From assembly GCA_947088675.1 (NCBI GenBank), contig CAMUHN010000005.1, forward strand, positions 1,296 to 65,295: a DNA stretch of 64,000 nucleotides, given 5' to 3'. This DNA comes from an uncultured Roseburia sp. Its GTDB lineage: Bacteria; Bacillota; Clostridia; Lachnospirales; Lachnospiraceae. How positions within the stretch are numbered: position 1 is the first letter of the stretch; each line of letters starts with the position of its first letter. A program made the position numbers and the translations under genes. Positions 18,565 through 28,897 of the stretch are shown here, in pieces. Below the pieces are notes generated by a model. The model was given only the letters and a program-made list of their open reading frames with translations, did no database searches and had not been told where the DNA came from.

Positions 18565-19830
18565 ATGGAAAATAAGAAGATAGTAAAAGTAACAGAGCCG
18601 GTGGTTCGGCTGGAGGGGATACGTTCAATCGGTGTGATCGGTGATCCAGGGTGCGAGGGTCTTGGCACTTACAATATGAAAATCTATGCGGGAGCGCTGG
18701 AAGAGAGCGGCAGAGATGATATTACGCTGATTGTCGGCGATCTGGTGCCGACCGGAACGGGCAGTTATTACAGTGCGATAGCAAAGATGACAGAGTCGCT
18801 TGCAGGGAATGCGGTGTATGCGCTGCGCGGCAATCATGATACGGGAGCTTATTGCGAATATTTCGGACGGAAAAACTATGCGATTCTGACAGATGATTTT
18901 GCCGTTGTTGTGCTGGACAATGCGGCCCGCACATTTGAGCAGGAGGGTCTTTCTCTTCTGCGCGGGATACTCGAAATGGATGAGGTGAATCAGGTAATCA
19001 TTGCATTTCATATTCCTGTTCCGAATCATTTTATCTTAAACTGTGTTTCCGAAGAGGAATTTTCGCGGTTGAAAGAAGCCTATGATCCGTGGAAAGAGAA
19101 AGTAAAATATCTTCTCTGCGGCCATGTGCATTCGCGTTTTGTTGATGAAGTGGATGGCATTACGCTGATCTGTACCGGAGGGGGAGGCGCGATGATTGAG
19201 GATGTTTCCAGAGAGATTCGCGCCTGCGATGTGGAGCACCACATTGTCCGCTTTTATGTGGAAAATAAAAAGTTAAATTATCAGATTAAGGATCTTCCCG
19301 AGGAGTGTTACGGGCGTGAACGAAACGACGCGGTGTTGGAGCAGAAACTGAAAGAGGCGGTGTCAGGGGAGCTTGCGGCACATTTTCAATATATGATGTT
19401 TGCAGATCGCGCGAAACGCCGGGGGCTGGATCGGGTATCGAATCTTTTTCGCGCGCTTGCAGCATCGGAATATTATCACGCGAGAAATTTTTATTCGATC
19501 GCGGATTGTCCGGACCCCTTTCTGAAGTCGGTTCAGACATTTATTCCGGGGGAACGGTTTGAGCATGAATATCTTTACAAAATGGTCAGAGAATATGCTG
19601 CTGCAAATGAATATCCTCTCGCTGCGCAGGCATACGCAGCGGCGGCACGAGCGGAAAAGGAACATGAGAAACTGTTAAAACAGGTATCGGAGCCGGAAGC
19701 ATTTGAGAAAGAGACGTTTTATGTATGTCCGATCTGCGGACATGTTATGTCGGAGGAAGAGAAGAAAGAGCGCTGCCCGGTCTGCGGCGGGCCGGACCGC
19801 CAGTATGAAAAATTTACTGTGACCGGATAG
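18565..19830 (+). CDS. metallophosphoesterase fused to rubrerythrin/rubredoxin domain
   Basis: GD, GDLV, GNHD, GHVH calcineurin-like motifs; ExxH pairs; CPICG...CPVCG. Confidence 0.8.
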   Translation: MENKKIVKVTEPVVRLEGIRSIGVIGDPGCEGLGTYNMKIYAGALEESGRDDITLIVGDLVPTGTGSYYSAIAKMTESLAGNAVYALRGNHDTGAYCEYFGRKNYAILTDDFAVVVLDNAARTFEQEGLSLLRGILEMDEVNQVIIAFHIPVPNHFILNCVSEEEFSRLKEAYDPWKEKVKYLLCGHVHSRFVDEVDGITLICTGGGGAMIEDVSREIRACDVEHHIVRFYVENKKLNYQIKDLPEECYGRERNDAVLEQKLKEAVSGELAAHFQYMMFADRAKRRGLDRVSNLFRALAASEYYHARNFYSIADCPDPFLKSVQTFIPGERFEHEYLYKMVREYAAANEYPLAAQAYAAAARAEKEHEKLLKQVSEPEAFEKETFYVCPICGHVMSEEEKKERCPVCGGPDRQYEKFTVTG

Positions 19831-19854
19831 AGACGTTGTAAAATGCAAGGCGTT

Positions 19855-20466
19855 TTAAAATAACAGCGTCCGTTCATTTGCAGGGTCTGCCCAGAAAATA
19901 TTGGCTCTGTCGGAGTCGCTGCTTCTGTCTTTGAGCGCGGGGAAAAGAAACCCATACTGCGGGCTGTCCGGTTCGTAATTTTTGCTTACCGGACAGACTG
20001 CGCAGATCAGAAAGCGATATACTTCTTCCGAGTCCCACAGGCTTTCCCCGTCGCTGGATTTTAGCGGTATGTCGTAGCTGCCATAAAAAAGATAAATCGC
20101 ATAATCGCTGTCCGCTGTGTATTTTTCGGCAAACAGTTCATAAAATATGTCCAGCAAGGCGTCATTTTTCAGTTCGCTCTCTTTGATCGCCGAGAGCATC
20201 TGCCAGACGCCGCCCGGTTTCTGCTCTTCTTTGCTGAAAAAATGTTCTTTGAGATTTGCGTTTGTTTCGGAAAAAGGAATTGTTTTTGCAATTTCAAGAT
20301 ACTGCTGTCTGTCTTTGTCAGACAGCTTCAGAAAATGCCGGTTAAAAGTTCCGTCTATCCCTCCGTCCCGATCCAGATATGCCCCTGCGATTCGATGAAA
20401 GCAGTTGCGTTTTAAGGTCATGCGTCTTGTCAGTTCGAGCATATCGCCGCGATTGATTTTATTCAT
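19855..20466 (-). CDS. DUF4317-like protein
   Basis: MLELTRRMT...RIAG.Y.D...YDIP...ICAVCP...GFLFPA..DRS.D. Confidence 0.65.
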   Translation of the reverse strand: MNKINRGDMLELTRRMTLKRNCFHRIAGAYLDRDGGIDGTFNRHFLKLSDKDRQQYLEIAKTIPFSETNANLKEHFFSKEEQKPGGVWQMLSAIKESELKNDALLDIFYELFAEKYTADSDYAIYLFYGSYDIPLKSSDGESLWDSEEVYRFLICAVCPVSKNYEPDSPQYGFLFPALKDRSSDSDRANIFWADPANERTLLF

Positions 20467-20485
20467 AGAAAGGAAGCTCCTTTTT

Positions 20486-21724
20486 TCATTCTGTTATTGT
20501 CTGGTAAAGCCATTCCCCGAAAATGCTCAGATCGTCGGAAGTAAAACCGCTTGTTTTTTTACAGCTGCTTTTGAATACGGCCGAGGTTTCGTCTTTGTTT
20601 GACAGGTTCCATGCGATGTAGCTTACCCCGTACCGGTCCAGAAACGAGATCCATGCGTCGGCTTCTTTGAGGTCGACCGCTCCGTTGCCGCCTGCGTCGC
20701 AGATACCATATTCCGTAACAATGACAGGGAGACCGGCATTTATTGCAGATTCGAGTTTTGTTCGCATGTCGTCTTTGTGAGACGCCGCGTAAAAATGAAA
20801 GGCGTACATCAGGTTATCATAACCGGTGATCGGATTCTGTGCCGCTTCGTCAACGTTTTGCGACCAGTTCGGTGTGCCTGTGATGATAACGGCGTCAGGA
20901 CTGTTTGCGCGTATGACAGGGATGATTTCATCTGCATAATTTTTGATTTCGTCCCAGCTTGTTCCGCTGTTTGGTTCATTGCAGATTTCGTAGATCACAT
21001 GGTCTGAGGCAGCAAATTCTTTCGACATTTCTCCAAAAAACATTTTCGCCTCATTCAGATATTGATTCGGGTTGGCATCCGAGAGGATATGCCAGTCGAT
21101 CACGGCATACATGTCCTGTGACTGTGCATAGGATACGCCGTCGCGAATCAGTTTTTTCAGAGATTCCTGGTCCCCGCCGTTACAGAAGCCGCCGTATTCG
21201 GCCGTGTACAGGGCGAGGCGTATTACATTCATACCCCATTCGCTGTGAAGCTGTGCAAAACATGCTTCGTTTACGAATTCCGGGAACCAGGCCAGTCCGT
21301 GCGTACTGATGCCCTTAAGCTGCACCGGACGGCCGTCTTCTCCGCAGAGTTTTGCATTTTCTACATGCAGGCGTCCGGATATGGATGGAGCGCAGGGCTG
21401 AGCGCCGGACTGTTCCAAAGGACTCTGATCGTCTGGCATGACGGAAGAACCGGACGGATCCGTGATGTCAGGATCGTGCTGAACGCGGGATGGGGAAGAA
21501 GAGCCATCCTGCGTCCTGCTATTGGAATTGTGTGGGGCAGCGGATGCGTCGGAAGAGTCGTTTTGTGCCATGCTTTCCGAATCGGATTGCGCTGTATCAT
21601 TTTCGGATAGCATTAAGTCCGTGCTGCCGGACGGCGCAGTCTGCGCATTCCGGCAGCTGCCGAGTGTTATGGCTGCAAACAGCAGTAAAATGGCGGCGGA
21701 TATTTTATTGCGCAGTCGGATCAT
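20486..21724 (-). CDS. GH5 endoglucanase-like lipoprotein
   Basis: Lipobox LGSC, Ser/Pro-rich linker, QLKGISTHG, YEICNEP (acid/base), VTEYG (nucleophile). Confidence 0.85.
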   Translation of the reverse strand: MIRLRNKISAAILLLFAAITLGSCRNAQTAPSGSTDLMLSENDTAQSDSESMAQNDSSDASAAPHNSNSRTQDGSSSPSRVQHDPDITDPSGSSVMPDDQSPLEQSGAQPCAPSISGRLHVENAKLCGEDGRPVQLKGISTHGLAWFPEFVNEACFAQLHSEWGMNVIRLALYTAEYGGFCNGGDQESLKKLIRDGVSYAQSQDMYAVIDWHILSDANPNQYLNEAKMFFGEMSKEFAASDHVIYEICNEPNSGTSWDEIKNYADEIIPVIRANSPDAVIITGTPNWSQNVDEAAQNPITGYDNLMYAFHFYAASHKDDMRTKLESAINAGLPVIVTEYGICDAGGNGAVDLKEADAWISFLDRYGVSYIAWNLSNKDETSAVFKSSCKKTSGFTSDDLSIFGEWLYQTITE

Positions 21725-21914
21725 ATGAAATCTCCTTAAATGTCTGATGATTGTTGTGTTTTTGCTTTGTTCTATTTACTGCTCTCTGATCTTAATATAT
21801 GAAGTGTATCATACAAAAGAAAAAAAGACAAGTATTTTGCGAACATTAGTTCTGATTTTTTATGGCTTGCATTTCTTATGTCCGACCGATATAATGGAAA
21901 AAAAGGAGGCGCCT

Positions 21915-23063
21915 ATGGAGATATCAAAACAGACAAAAAAACATCTGATTCAGATTCTTGTGATCGGCATTTTGCTGTATTGCGGATTGGAACATTTTGA
22001 TGTAATTTTAAATTTTATCAGTTTTCTGATTTCATTGCTTATGCCTTTTCTGATCGGAGGTTCGATTGCATTTATACTCAATGTGCCGATGAAAAGAATT
22101 GAAAAGATTCTGTTTCCGAAGAATAAAAAACTGGAAAAACTGAAAAGGCCGATTGCCTACATTTTAACGCTTCTTGCGGTGATCGGAATCTTTGTGCTTT
22201 CGCTTCTTGTGGTAATACCGGAACTCGGAAATACGGCGGCCACACTGGTCGCTCAGATCCCAAAAGCGTTTTCATCGGCTCAGTACTGGGTAGAGGATCT
22301 GGCCGAACAGTGGCCTGCGCTGCAGCCGGCAATCGAAGATTTAAATATCAACTGGTCGGCCGTCTCTGCTTCGATTGTCAGTTTTGTCCAGACTGCAGCA
22401 TCGGGGCTTCTGGATTCCGGCGTGGGATTTTTTTCCGGTGTGATCAGCGGGGTAACAATGTTTGTGATCAGTTTTACATTTTCTGTCTATGTTATTTTTC
22501 AGAAAGAGAAGCTGGCATCCCAGGCGAAGCAGGTGATGTATGCGGTACTTCCGGAAAAAGCAACCGAAAAAATAATTTCCGTAGCGTCGCTGTCCAACCA
22601 GATCTTTTCAAGTTTTCTGTCCGGGCAATGTCTGGAGGCAGTGATTCTTGGAACCATGTTTGTGGTGACAATGAGTCTGTTCGGGCTTCCCTACGCAATG
22701 TTAAACGGAATTGTGATCGCAATCACAGCGCTTGTGCCTGTTGTCGGCGCGTTTATCGGCTGTGCAGTCGGAATTTTTTTAATTGTGATGGTAGATCCGA
22801 TGCAGGCGGTTTGGTTTGTCATTCTCTTTTTTGTACTGCAGCAGATTGAAGAAAACCTGATTTATCCGCATGTTGTCGGCAATTCGGTTGGACTTCCCTC
22901 CATCTGGGTGCTGGCGGCAGTGACAGTCGGCGGGAATCTGTTTGGATTTATCGGAATCCTGTTGTTTATTCCGCTGTGTTCCGTGCTCTATACGCTGTTC
23001 CGGGAGTTTATCAAGAAGCGGCTGCGGGCAAGAGATGTCTCGGAGAGCAAATGGAAAGTGTAG
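21915..23063 (+). CDS. AI-2E family transporter
   Basis: PFLIG..IAFILNVPM, LQQIE.NLIYP.VVG.SVGLP; AGGAGG RBS. Confidence 0.85.
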   Translation: MEISKQTKKHLIQILVIGILLYCGLEHFDVILNFISFLISLLMPFLIGGSIAFILNVPMKRIEKILFPKNKKLEKLKRPIAYILTLLAVIGIFVLSLLVVIPELGNTAATLVAQIPKAFSSAQYWVEDLAEQWPALQPAIEDLNINWSAVSASIVSFVQTAASGLLDSGVGFFSGVISGVTMFVISFTFSVYVIFQKEKLASQAKQVMYAVLPEKATEKIISVASLSNQIFSSFLSGQCLEAVILGTMFVVTMSLFGLPYAMLNGIVIAITALVPVVGAFIGCAVGIFLIVMVDPMQAVWFVILFFVLQQIEENLIYPHVVGNSVGLPSIWVLAAVTVGGNLFGFIGILLFIPLCSVLYTLFREFIKKRLRARDVSESKWKV

Positions 23064-23066
23064 TCG

Positions 23067-23096
23067 CGAAGAATGCGCGGAGCGCATTCTTTTTTA
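23067..23096 (+). terminator. terminator hairpin, copy 2 of the 30-bp repeat
   Basis: AAGAATGCGC-GGA-GCGCATTCTT plus T-run right after the AI-2E stop codon. Confidence 0.75.
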
Positions 23097-23888
23097 CAGA
23101 TAAAGATCTACAGGCCTGTATGCGGTGCGCTGCGTATCATCGGATGTTTCCTGTGTCGCTGCAGCCGCATTCCTCTCGTCTGTTTTTTGGGGTTTGTCAG
23201 CTGCCTTTCCCAACAGGCTCCCCTCTTCTTTTTTTTCGTCTTCTTTTTCCGTGCGGTCGGCAGGATGCGTTTTCGTCCTCTCTGCATCTGACGCCTCTTT
23301 CATCTCTTTGTTTGCGTCAGCGAGAGCAGAAATCTGTGACCTGCCTGCCGCCTGTGCACGTTCATGCAGGGAAGCGAGTTCCGCTTCTTTTTTGGAAGTG
23401 TCAGAACCTCTGCTTGCATCCGTTTTGATCTCTGATTTCAGTACGGCGCTTTTTCCCTCAAGCTGCGCCGCAGAGCTGCCCGATACGTCCGCCTGTTTTC
23501 TTGCAGCGTCTGCGGCGAGAACGTTCTGCAAACCTGACGGGGACAAAGAGAGTCCTTTGTTTTTGCCGGAAGCCGTATTTGTTTTTGGGGCATTTTCTGC
23601 TGACTTTTCTGCGGAAGTTTTTTGCTCCTGCATCTTTTTACGCTGCTCGATCTGGTGCTGCCGCAGCTGCTGTGTCAGACTTGTGATTTCCTGTTGAATT
23701 TCCTGCCTCTTTTTCATTTTTTCTTCCGGTGTCAGTTTACTGTCTGAAGCGAGTTCCTGCAGTTTTTTCTGTGCGTTCGCAATCTGGTTTTCAATATTTT
23801 TGCCGACGGAATCACTTTGTCCGCAAAATCCGCTGCCGGCCGCAGGCATAGCGGCGCCCGCTTTGCTTATGTTGCCGATTGTCATCAT
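23094..23888 (-). CDS. FlxA-like coiled-coil protein
   Basis: IENQI...QKKLQEL......EEK.KKRQEIQQEI..L; low-complexity charged tail. Confidence 0.55.
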   Translation of the reverse strand: MMTIGNISKAGAAMPAAGSGFCGQSDSVGKNIENQIANAQKKLQELASDSKLTPEEKMKKRQEIQQEITSLTQQLRQHQIEQRKKMQEQKTSAEKSAENAPKTNTASGKNKGLSLSPSGLQNVLAADAARKQADVSGSSAAQLEGKSAVLKSEIKTDASRGSDTSKKEAELASLHERAQAAGRSQISALADANKEMKEASDAERTKTHPADRTEKEDEKKEEGSLLGKAADKPQKTDERNAAAATQETSDDTQRTAYRPVDLYL

Positions 23889-24004
23889 AACGCGATTCTC
23901 CTTTCTGTGTGCATGTTTTTTGTTTTACGAAAAATGTTTCGGCACACGATAAAAAAGTATCAAGAATTATGATGTGAAATGAACTTTTTCTGCTGTAAAC
24001 GTTT

Positions 24005-24592
24005 TTATGGAAGCAGGCTGCCTTTTTTGATATTATTCTGGATGATATCGTCTGTTACCTGAAATAATTGTTCGGAACCTGTTTTTGTTTTTTTCTGACG
24101 TTCATAGACCTGGCTGGATGTTACCTGATGCTCCTGCCAGTCGCTGCCGTTGTTGCTGTTGTTCAGCAAAAGCGGCTGCAGATTATCCATCGCGTGTGCG
24201 AATTTTGCCTCCGCAGTCCGGCATGCTTCAAATTCATCAAACAGTTCGATCAGCTCACGTTTCTGGTCGTCGGGCAGTATGGAATATATTTTTTCTTTTG
24301 CGGCGTCCTCCCTGGCTTTTTGAGTCTTTTTGTTTTGCTCGTCATAGGCGTATGTGTCCCCGGCTTCGATTTCTACAATGTCGTGGATTAAGCACATGAG
24401 CATGACTTTTGCAATGTCAATCTCTTCGTTGGAATATTCGCGCAGCAGATAAGCCATGACAGCCATATGCCATGCATGTTCTGCGTCGTTTTCATTTCTC
24501 CCATGGCCGGACAGGTGCGTCTGGCGGAATATATTTTTTTCTTTGTCTATCTCCAGAGCGAAATCCAGCTGTCTTTGTAAGCGCTCGTTCAT
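24005..24592 (-). CDS. HD domain hydrolase (YfbR/HDDC2-like)
   Basis: ENDAEHAWH...LIHDIVEI.AGD...MDNLQP. Confidence 0.85.
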   Translation of the reverse strand: MNERLQRQLDFALEIDKEKNIFRQTHLSGHGRNENDAEHAWHMAVMAYLLREYSNEEIDIAKVMLMCLIHDIVEIEAGDTYAYDEQNKKTQKAREDAAKEKIYSILPDDQKRELIELFDEFEACRTAEAKFAHAMDNLQPLLLNNSNNGSDWQEHQVTSSQVYERQKKTKTGSEQLFQVTDDIIQNNIKKGSLLP

Positions 24593-24852
24593 TTTTTTGA
24601 TCTCCTCCCATGATTCGTATCAGACGTATTTTACTGTTATTTCTGACAGGCATTATAACATGATTCTTCGCGGCCGGCAATCAGCGATTTTGGGACTGAT
24701 GTTTTCGCAAGCGGCGATATTTTTAAGGAGGAGCTGTTATACTTACCGATTTCCGGCGCTTTGTACGTTCATGCAGGCAGGATGGTCATGACCTTTTGAC
24801 CCTGCTATTATATTGGGGAATGAAACAATAAAGCCGGAAATGGAGGGCAGCG

Positions 24853-25458
24853 GTGGAAAAACAAAAAATTTACGGGTACATCAGGGTATCTACAAGGGAA
24901 CAGAATGAGGACAGGCAGCGAATTGCACTGCGGCAGATGGGAGTGCCGCCGCAGCGGATTTATATGGACAGGCAGTCCGGAAAAGATTTTGACAGGCCGC
25001 AGTATAAGAAAATGCTGAAGAAGCTGGACAAAAATTCCGTGTTGTTTGTAAAGTCGATTGACCGTCTGGGAAGGAATTACAGGGATCTGAATGAACAGTG
25101 GAGAATCATTACAAAAGAAAAAGGGGCCGATCTTGTTGTGATTGATATGCCGATTCTCGATACAAGGCAGGAGAAAAATCTGATCGGAACGCTCATCAGT
25201 GATATTGTGCTTGCACTGTTAAGTTATGCGGCCGAAAATGAACGTATGAATATCAGGCAGAGACAGGCGGAGGGTATAGCTGCGGCAAAAGCCAGGGGCG
25301 TTCAGTTTGGACGGCCCGAGGTCAGGATGCCGGATAATTTTCAGGAGGTATTTCAAAAATGGCAGGAGAAAAAAATAACGCTTCGACAGGCGGCAAAAGC
25401 CTGCGGAATGCCGAAAAGCACTTTTTTTGACAAGGCAAGGGAATGGGAACAGGAATGA
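24853..25458 (+). CDS. small serine recombinase (resolvase/invertase family)
   Basis: YGYIRVSTREQN (catalytic Ser), SIDRLGR, ER..IRQRQ.EGIAAAK.RGV.FGRP, C-terminal HTH. Confidence 0.9.
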   Translation: MEKQKIYGYIRVSTREQNEDRQRIALRQMGVPPQRIYMDRQSGKDFDRPQYKKMLKKLDKNSVLFVKSIDRLGRNYRDLNEQWRIITKEKGADLVVIDMPILDTRQEKNLIGTLISDIVLALLSYAAENERMNIRQRQAEGIAAAKARGVQFGRPEVRMPDNFQEVFQKWQEKKITLRQAAKACGMPKSTFFDKAREWEQE

Positions 25459-25553
25459 AGAGGCCATGATTTCGGAAATTACAGTATTCTTTTTAAGAAA
25501 AAAGTGCTATAATAAAATGGAATATTTTGTAAATACAGCGTGGAGGTTCTCAA

Positions 25554-26561
25554 ATGAAACGCATCTCACTGGAACAGCTGCAGAAAGAAAGCAAAAAAGA
25601 AGCTTATGCCGATCAATACCGCTATATTTTAAGCCGGATTGAAATGCGGGAATTAAAGCCGGTGAAGAACTCTCCGCTCAATGGCAAAACGCCGGCGCTT
25701 CACACCAGCTATTGGATAACTGAGCCGGCGCCTGATTACAGCCGGCAGACGGAGGAGCTTAAATTTGCGATGGTTCCGACGATCTGTACGGATTATTACT
25801 TAAAGCATCCCAAAGTGTATCTGCGGGAGGAAAAATGGGTAAAACTTTTAAATCAGTATTTTCTGGATACGAAAGACGATACATGCGAACCCGCTTCCGT
25901 AAATGAGCGGAGTTTTCAGATTTTTGGACGGGAGAAATTTTTACAGCGCGAGCAGGGCAAAAAAATACTGTCCCACTGCGGCGTGACGTTGGAACAGCTT
26001 CATGTCTACCATACGACGGAACCGCTTGCCTGTTATTCCGCCGATAAGGGGACGCCGCAGACGGTTCTTATCTTAGAAAACAAGGATACATTTTACAGCA
26101 TGAGAAAAAGCTTAATGGACGGGGCAAATCATGTATTCGGCGAAAAAATCGCGTCGTTAATTTATGGGGCCGGAAAGGGGATCTATCGTTCTTTTGAGGA
26201 TTTTAGCTTTAGCGTTGAGCCGCATATCAATGCGCCGGGGAACCGGATTTTATATTTCGGCGATCTGGATTATGAGGGAATTGGGATTTATGAGCATCTT
26301 GCCAAAGCGTTTGACCTCATGTGCCGGATTGTGCCGTTTGTAGAGGCCTACCGCAATATGATCACGAAAGCCGGGCGGTACGGGTATGTAAATCTGCCGG
26401 ATACAAGCGACGGTCAGAACCGCAGTCTTTCCGGCCGTTTTTTTTCGTATTTTGCAAAAGAGGATCAGGAGGAAATGCAAAAGATCCTTGCGACGGGAAA
26501 ATATGTGCCGCAGGAGATTTTAAGTTATACAGATTTTATGGGAGAAGACAATGCAGTATGA
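25554..26561 (+). CDS. jetD: Wadjet JetD-like Toprim nuclease (DUF2220-like)
   Basis: NERSFQIFG.EK, ILENKDTF, YFGDLDYEG Toprim acidic motifs; extended -10 TGCTATAAT at 25505-25513. Confidence 0.7.
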   Translation: MKRISLEQLQKESKKEAYADQYRYILSRIEMRELKPVKNSPLNGKTPALHTSYWITEPAPDYSRQTEELKFAMVPTICTDYYLKHPKVYLREEKWVKLLNQYFLDTKDDTCEPASVNERSFQIFGREKFLQREQGKKILSHCGVTLEQLHVYHTTEPLACYSADKGTPQTVLILENKDTFYSMRKSLMDGANHVFGEKIASLIYGAGKGIYRSFEDFSFSVEPHINAPGNRILYFGDLDYEGIGIYEHLAKAFDLMCRIVPFVEAYRNMITKAGRYGYVNLPDTSDGQNRSLSGRFFSYFAKEDQEEMQKILATGKYVPQEILSYTDFMGEDNAV

Positions 26562-28179
26562 TTTTCTAAACCAGTTTCCGAAGCGGATGAAGCATGTCGG
26601 ACGTTATGTACTGCTTATTTCAAACAGCAGTCAGAAAGTGATCTGGAAACAGTACGGTTTTCTGAAAGCGGATGAGCAGATGAATGTTATTTTCGCGGTG
26701 CTGCTCTATCTGATGGAACAGTCGCTCAAAGAAGAAAACTGTACGATGGATGATATCGGCGCATATCTTGACAATTTGAACATGCGTTATTTTGAAAAAA
26801 ACATGAGTTATGAGGACTGTCGTGCACTGGGCGATTTCTTAATCAATGTTGTACTTTCTAACGAGGGACGGGCCATGTATTTTGACGGTTTTGACTTTGA
26901 GCAGCGCGCATATCAGATCATGCATGTCAGCTATGTCGCAAACAGGGTCGTGTACCTGGATTCCGAACTGCGGCGTACTTCCTATTATCTGACAGAAGAC
27001 GGCTATAATTTGCTGCTTTCCACATTGGAAATAGAAAACAACATGAAGCTGACCATACATGAAATGATATTTAAGATGCACCTGGAAAAGCAAAGCTATG
27101 ATAAAGCAGTAGATGATATAAAAAATGTCTTTAACCTGCTGCGTATCCAGCTGCAGAAGATGCAGGAAGCGATGAATCGGATCCGCAGGAATGCGCTGAG
27201 TTATTCCGTTGCGGAGTATGAGTCCGTACTCACCGAAAATTTAGAAACCATCGGCGATACAAAACAGAAATTTGAAAATTACAGAGAGCTTGTAAAGGCA
27301 AGGGAGAGGGAGCTTGAGGAGATTGATTTTTCGGTGCGCAGGCTGGATCAAAAAGAAGAGGAAACGCTTAAAAATCTGACAGTCATAGAAAATTATCTAA
27401 ACAGAACTCTTGACGAGCATCAGAAGATTTTAAACAGCCATTTCGACTTGAAATCGTTATACGCAAAAGAACTGGAACAGCTCTCGCAGATGTCCTGTAT
27501 CCGCAGATTTTCGCTGCGCAATGAATTGTATGAAAAAGTACTGGAACGTCCGGACACACTGCGGGGACTTGCTGTTTTTTTGCGGCCGCTGTTTTCCAAT
27601 ATGCCGGAAAAAATTTTAAATCCGAATAAATGCCTGAAACTGCAAAAACCGATCCGAAAGAAAGAACAGGATGACGAGCGGGAACAGATGAAGTTTGGCG
27701 ATGAAGCATGGATGGCCGAGGAGGAACAGAGGCAGGCTGAGAAACTGGCAAGATACGAATCCAGCCTGCGCTTCCTGCTTGGTATGGCAGTGGCTGCAGA
27801 AAACGGGGAGATTTCGCTCATTGAGATACAGGAGCAGATCGGGGCGGACGAGACGGCTGTCCTGATTCCGAATGTTCAGATTTTTAAAGAAATCATGGTG
27901 GAACTGATTAAGGGAAAAGAAATTGATATTCGAACGTTAAAAGAAGAGCGCAAAAATTATATCAGCGAATTTTCCGGCGCGTTCCACTTAAACGAAATGC
28001 TGCTGTCAATTTCGGAGGAAATGCAGCCGGAAATTTCTGCAGTTGAAGTTTATCGGATTGAAGATGGCAGGATCGTAATATTTGATCAGGTGGAGGATGA
28101 GACAGGCGGCAAAAAGAGTATTCGCTGTTCCAATGTGTTGATTCGCGTAAAGCAGAAAGGGACCAGAAATGGCATATGA
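26551..28179 (+). CDS. jetA: Wadjet JetA/MukF-like kleisin subunit
   Basis: 542 aa, YYLT.DG winged-helix-like motif plus coiled region; position in an overlapping four-gene operon. Confidence 0.55.
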   Translation: MQYDFLNQFPKRMKHVGRYVLLISNSSQKVIWKQYGFLKADEQMNVIFAVLLYLMEQSLKEENCTMDDIGAYLDNLNMRYFEKNMSYEDCRALGDFLINVVLSNEGRAMYFDGFDFEQRAYQIMHVSYVANRVVYLDSELRRTSYYLTEDGYNLLLSTLEIENNMKLTIHEMIFKMHLEKQSYDKAVDDIKNVFNLLRIQLQKMQEAMNRIRRNALSYSVAEYESVLTENLETIGDTKQKFENYRELVKARERELEEIDFSVRRLDQKEEETLKNLTVIENYLNRTLDEHQKILNSHFDLKSLYAKELEQLSQMSCIRRFSLRNELYEKVLERPDTLRGLAVFLRPLFSNMPEKILNPNKCLKLQKPIRKKEQDDEREQMKFGDEAWMAEEEQRQAEKLARYESSLRFLLGMAVAAENGEISLIEIQEQIGADETAVLIPNVQIFKEIMVELIKGKEIDIRTLKEERKNYISEFSGAFHLNEMLLSISEEMQPEISAVEVYRIEDGRIVIFDQVEDETGGKKSIRCSNVLIRVKQKGTRNGI

Positions 28180-28897
28180 AATAGAAGAAATCCGGGCGGG
28201 GCAGGAGATTTTTTATTATCTTCTGGAACACCATGAGCTTGCGGAGGAAGCGCAGGAGCGTCTTTACCGCGCCTACACCGAAAACGAGCGCATACAGAAT
28301 CTGGTCAAATCACAGGGTGAAGTATCACAATGCGCGATTGAGCGTTACGGGAATGTCATCTATCTGATTCCGGAGGAAGACAATACATTTCTTGGTTTTT
28401 CCAAAGCGCAGCTCAAACAGCTATTATGCAAATCAAACGGGACAGAGCGGGATTATTATCTGTCGCAGTTTGTAATCCTGACCATACTGGTGGAATTTTT
28501 TGACGGACAGGGCGCAACCAGCAGGATACGGGATTATATGCGTGTGGGCGAGCTGCAGAACTGCATTTCCGCCCGTTTAAAGGAGGGAAGAGAGCGGTTC
28601 AAAGAGGAAGAGGAGGAAGCGGCCGGGATTGCATGGTCCGATATGGCACAGGCGTATGAGGCGCTTCGCTCCGACGAAAAAGGATCGCGTGCGAAGACGA
28701 CAAAAGAAGGATTTTTGCACCATATTTTAAATTTCCTGCAAAAGCAGGGACTGATCGATTATGTCGAGGAAGACGAAATGATAAAAACAACGAAGAAACT
28801 GGACAATTTTATGGACTGGAACCTGTTAAACCAGAATCATTTTCTGCGTGTGAAACGTGTACTGGATGAAGCCTGTGCGGGAGGGCAGAATGAGTAA
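28169..28897 (+). CDS. jetB: Wadjet JetB/MukE-like subunit (DUF6063-like)
   Basis: 242 aa between the kleisin-like and SMC genes; FL.KQGLI motif. Confidence 0.55.
   Translation: MAYEIEEIRAGQEIFYYLLEHHELAEEAQERLYRAYTENERIQNLVKSQGEVSQCAIERYGNVIYLIPEEDNTFLGFSKAQLKQLLCKSNGTERDYYLSQFVILTILVEFFDGQGATSRIRDYMRVGELQNCISARLKEGRERFKEEEEEAAGIAWSDMAQAYEALRSDEKGSRAKTTKEGFLHHILNFLQKQGLIDYVEEDEMIKTTKKLDNFMDWNLLNQNHFLRVKRVLDEACAGGQNE

Noticed and set aside
23930-23970. Sigma-28 promoter for the flxA-like gene
   Set aside because: A GCCGAAAC -10-like sequence is present on the minus strand, but there is no convincing TAAA -35
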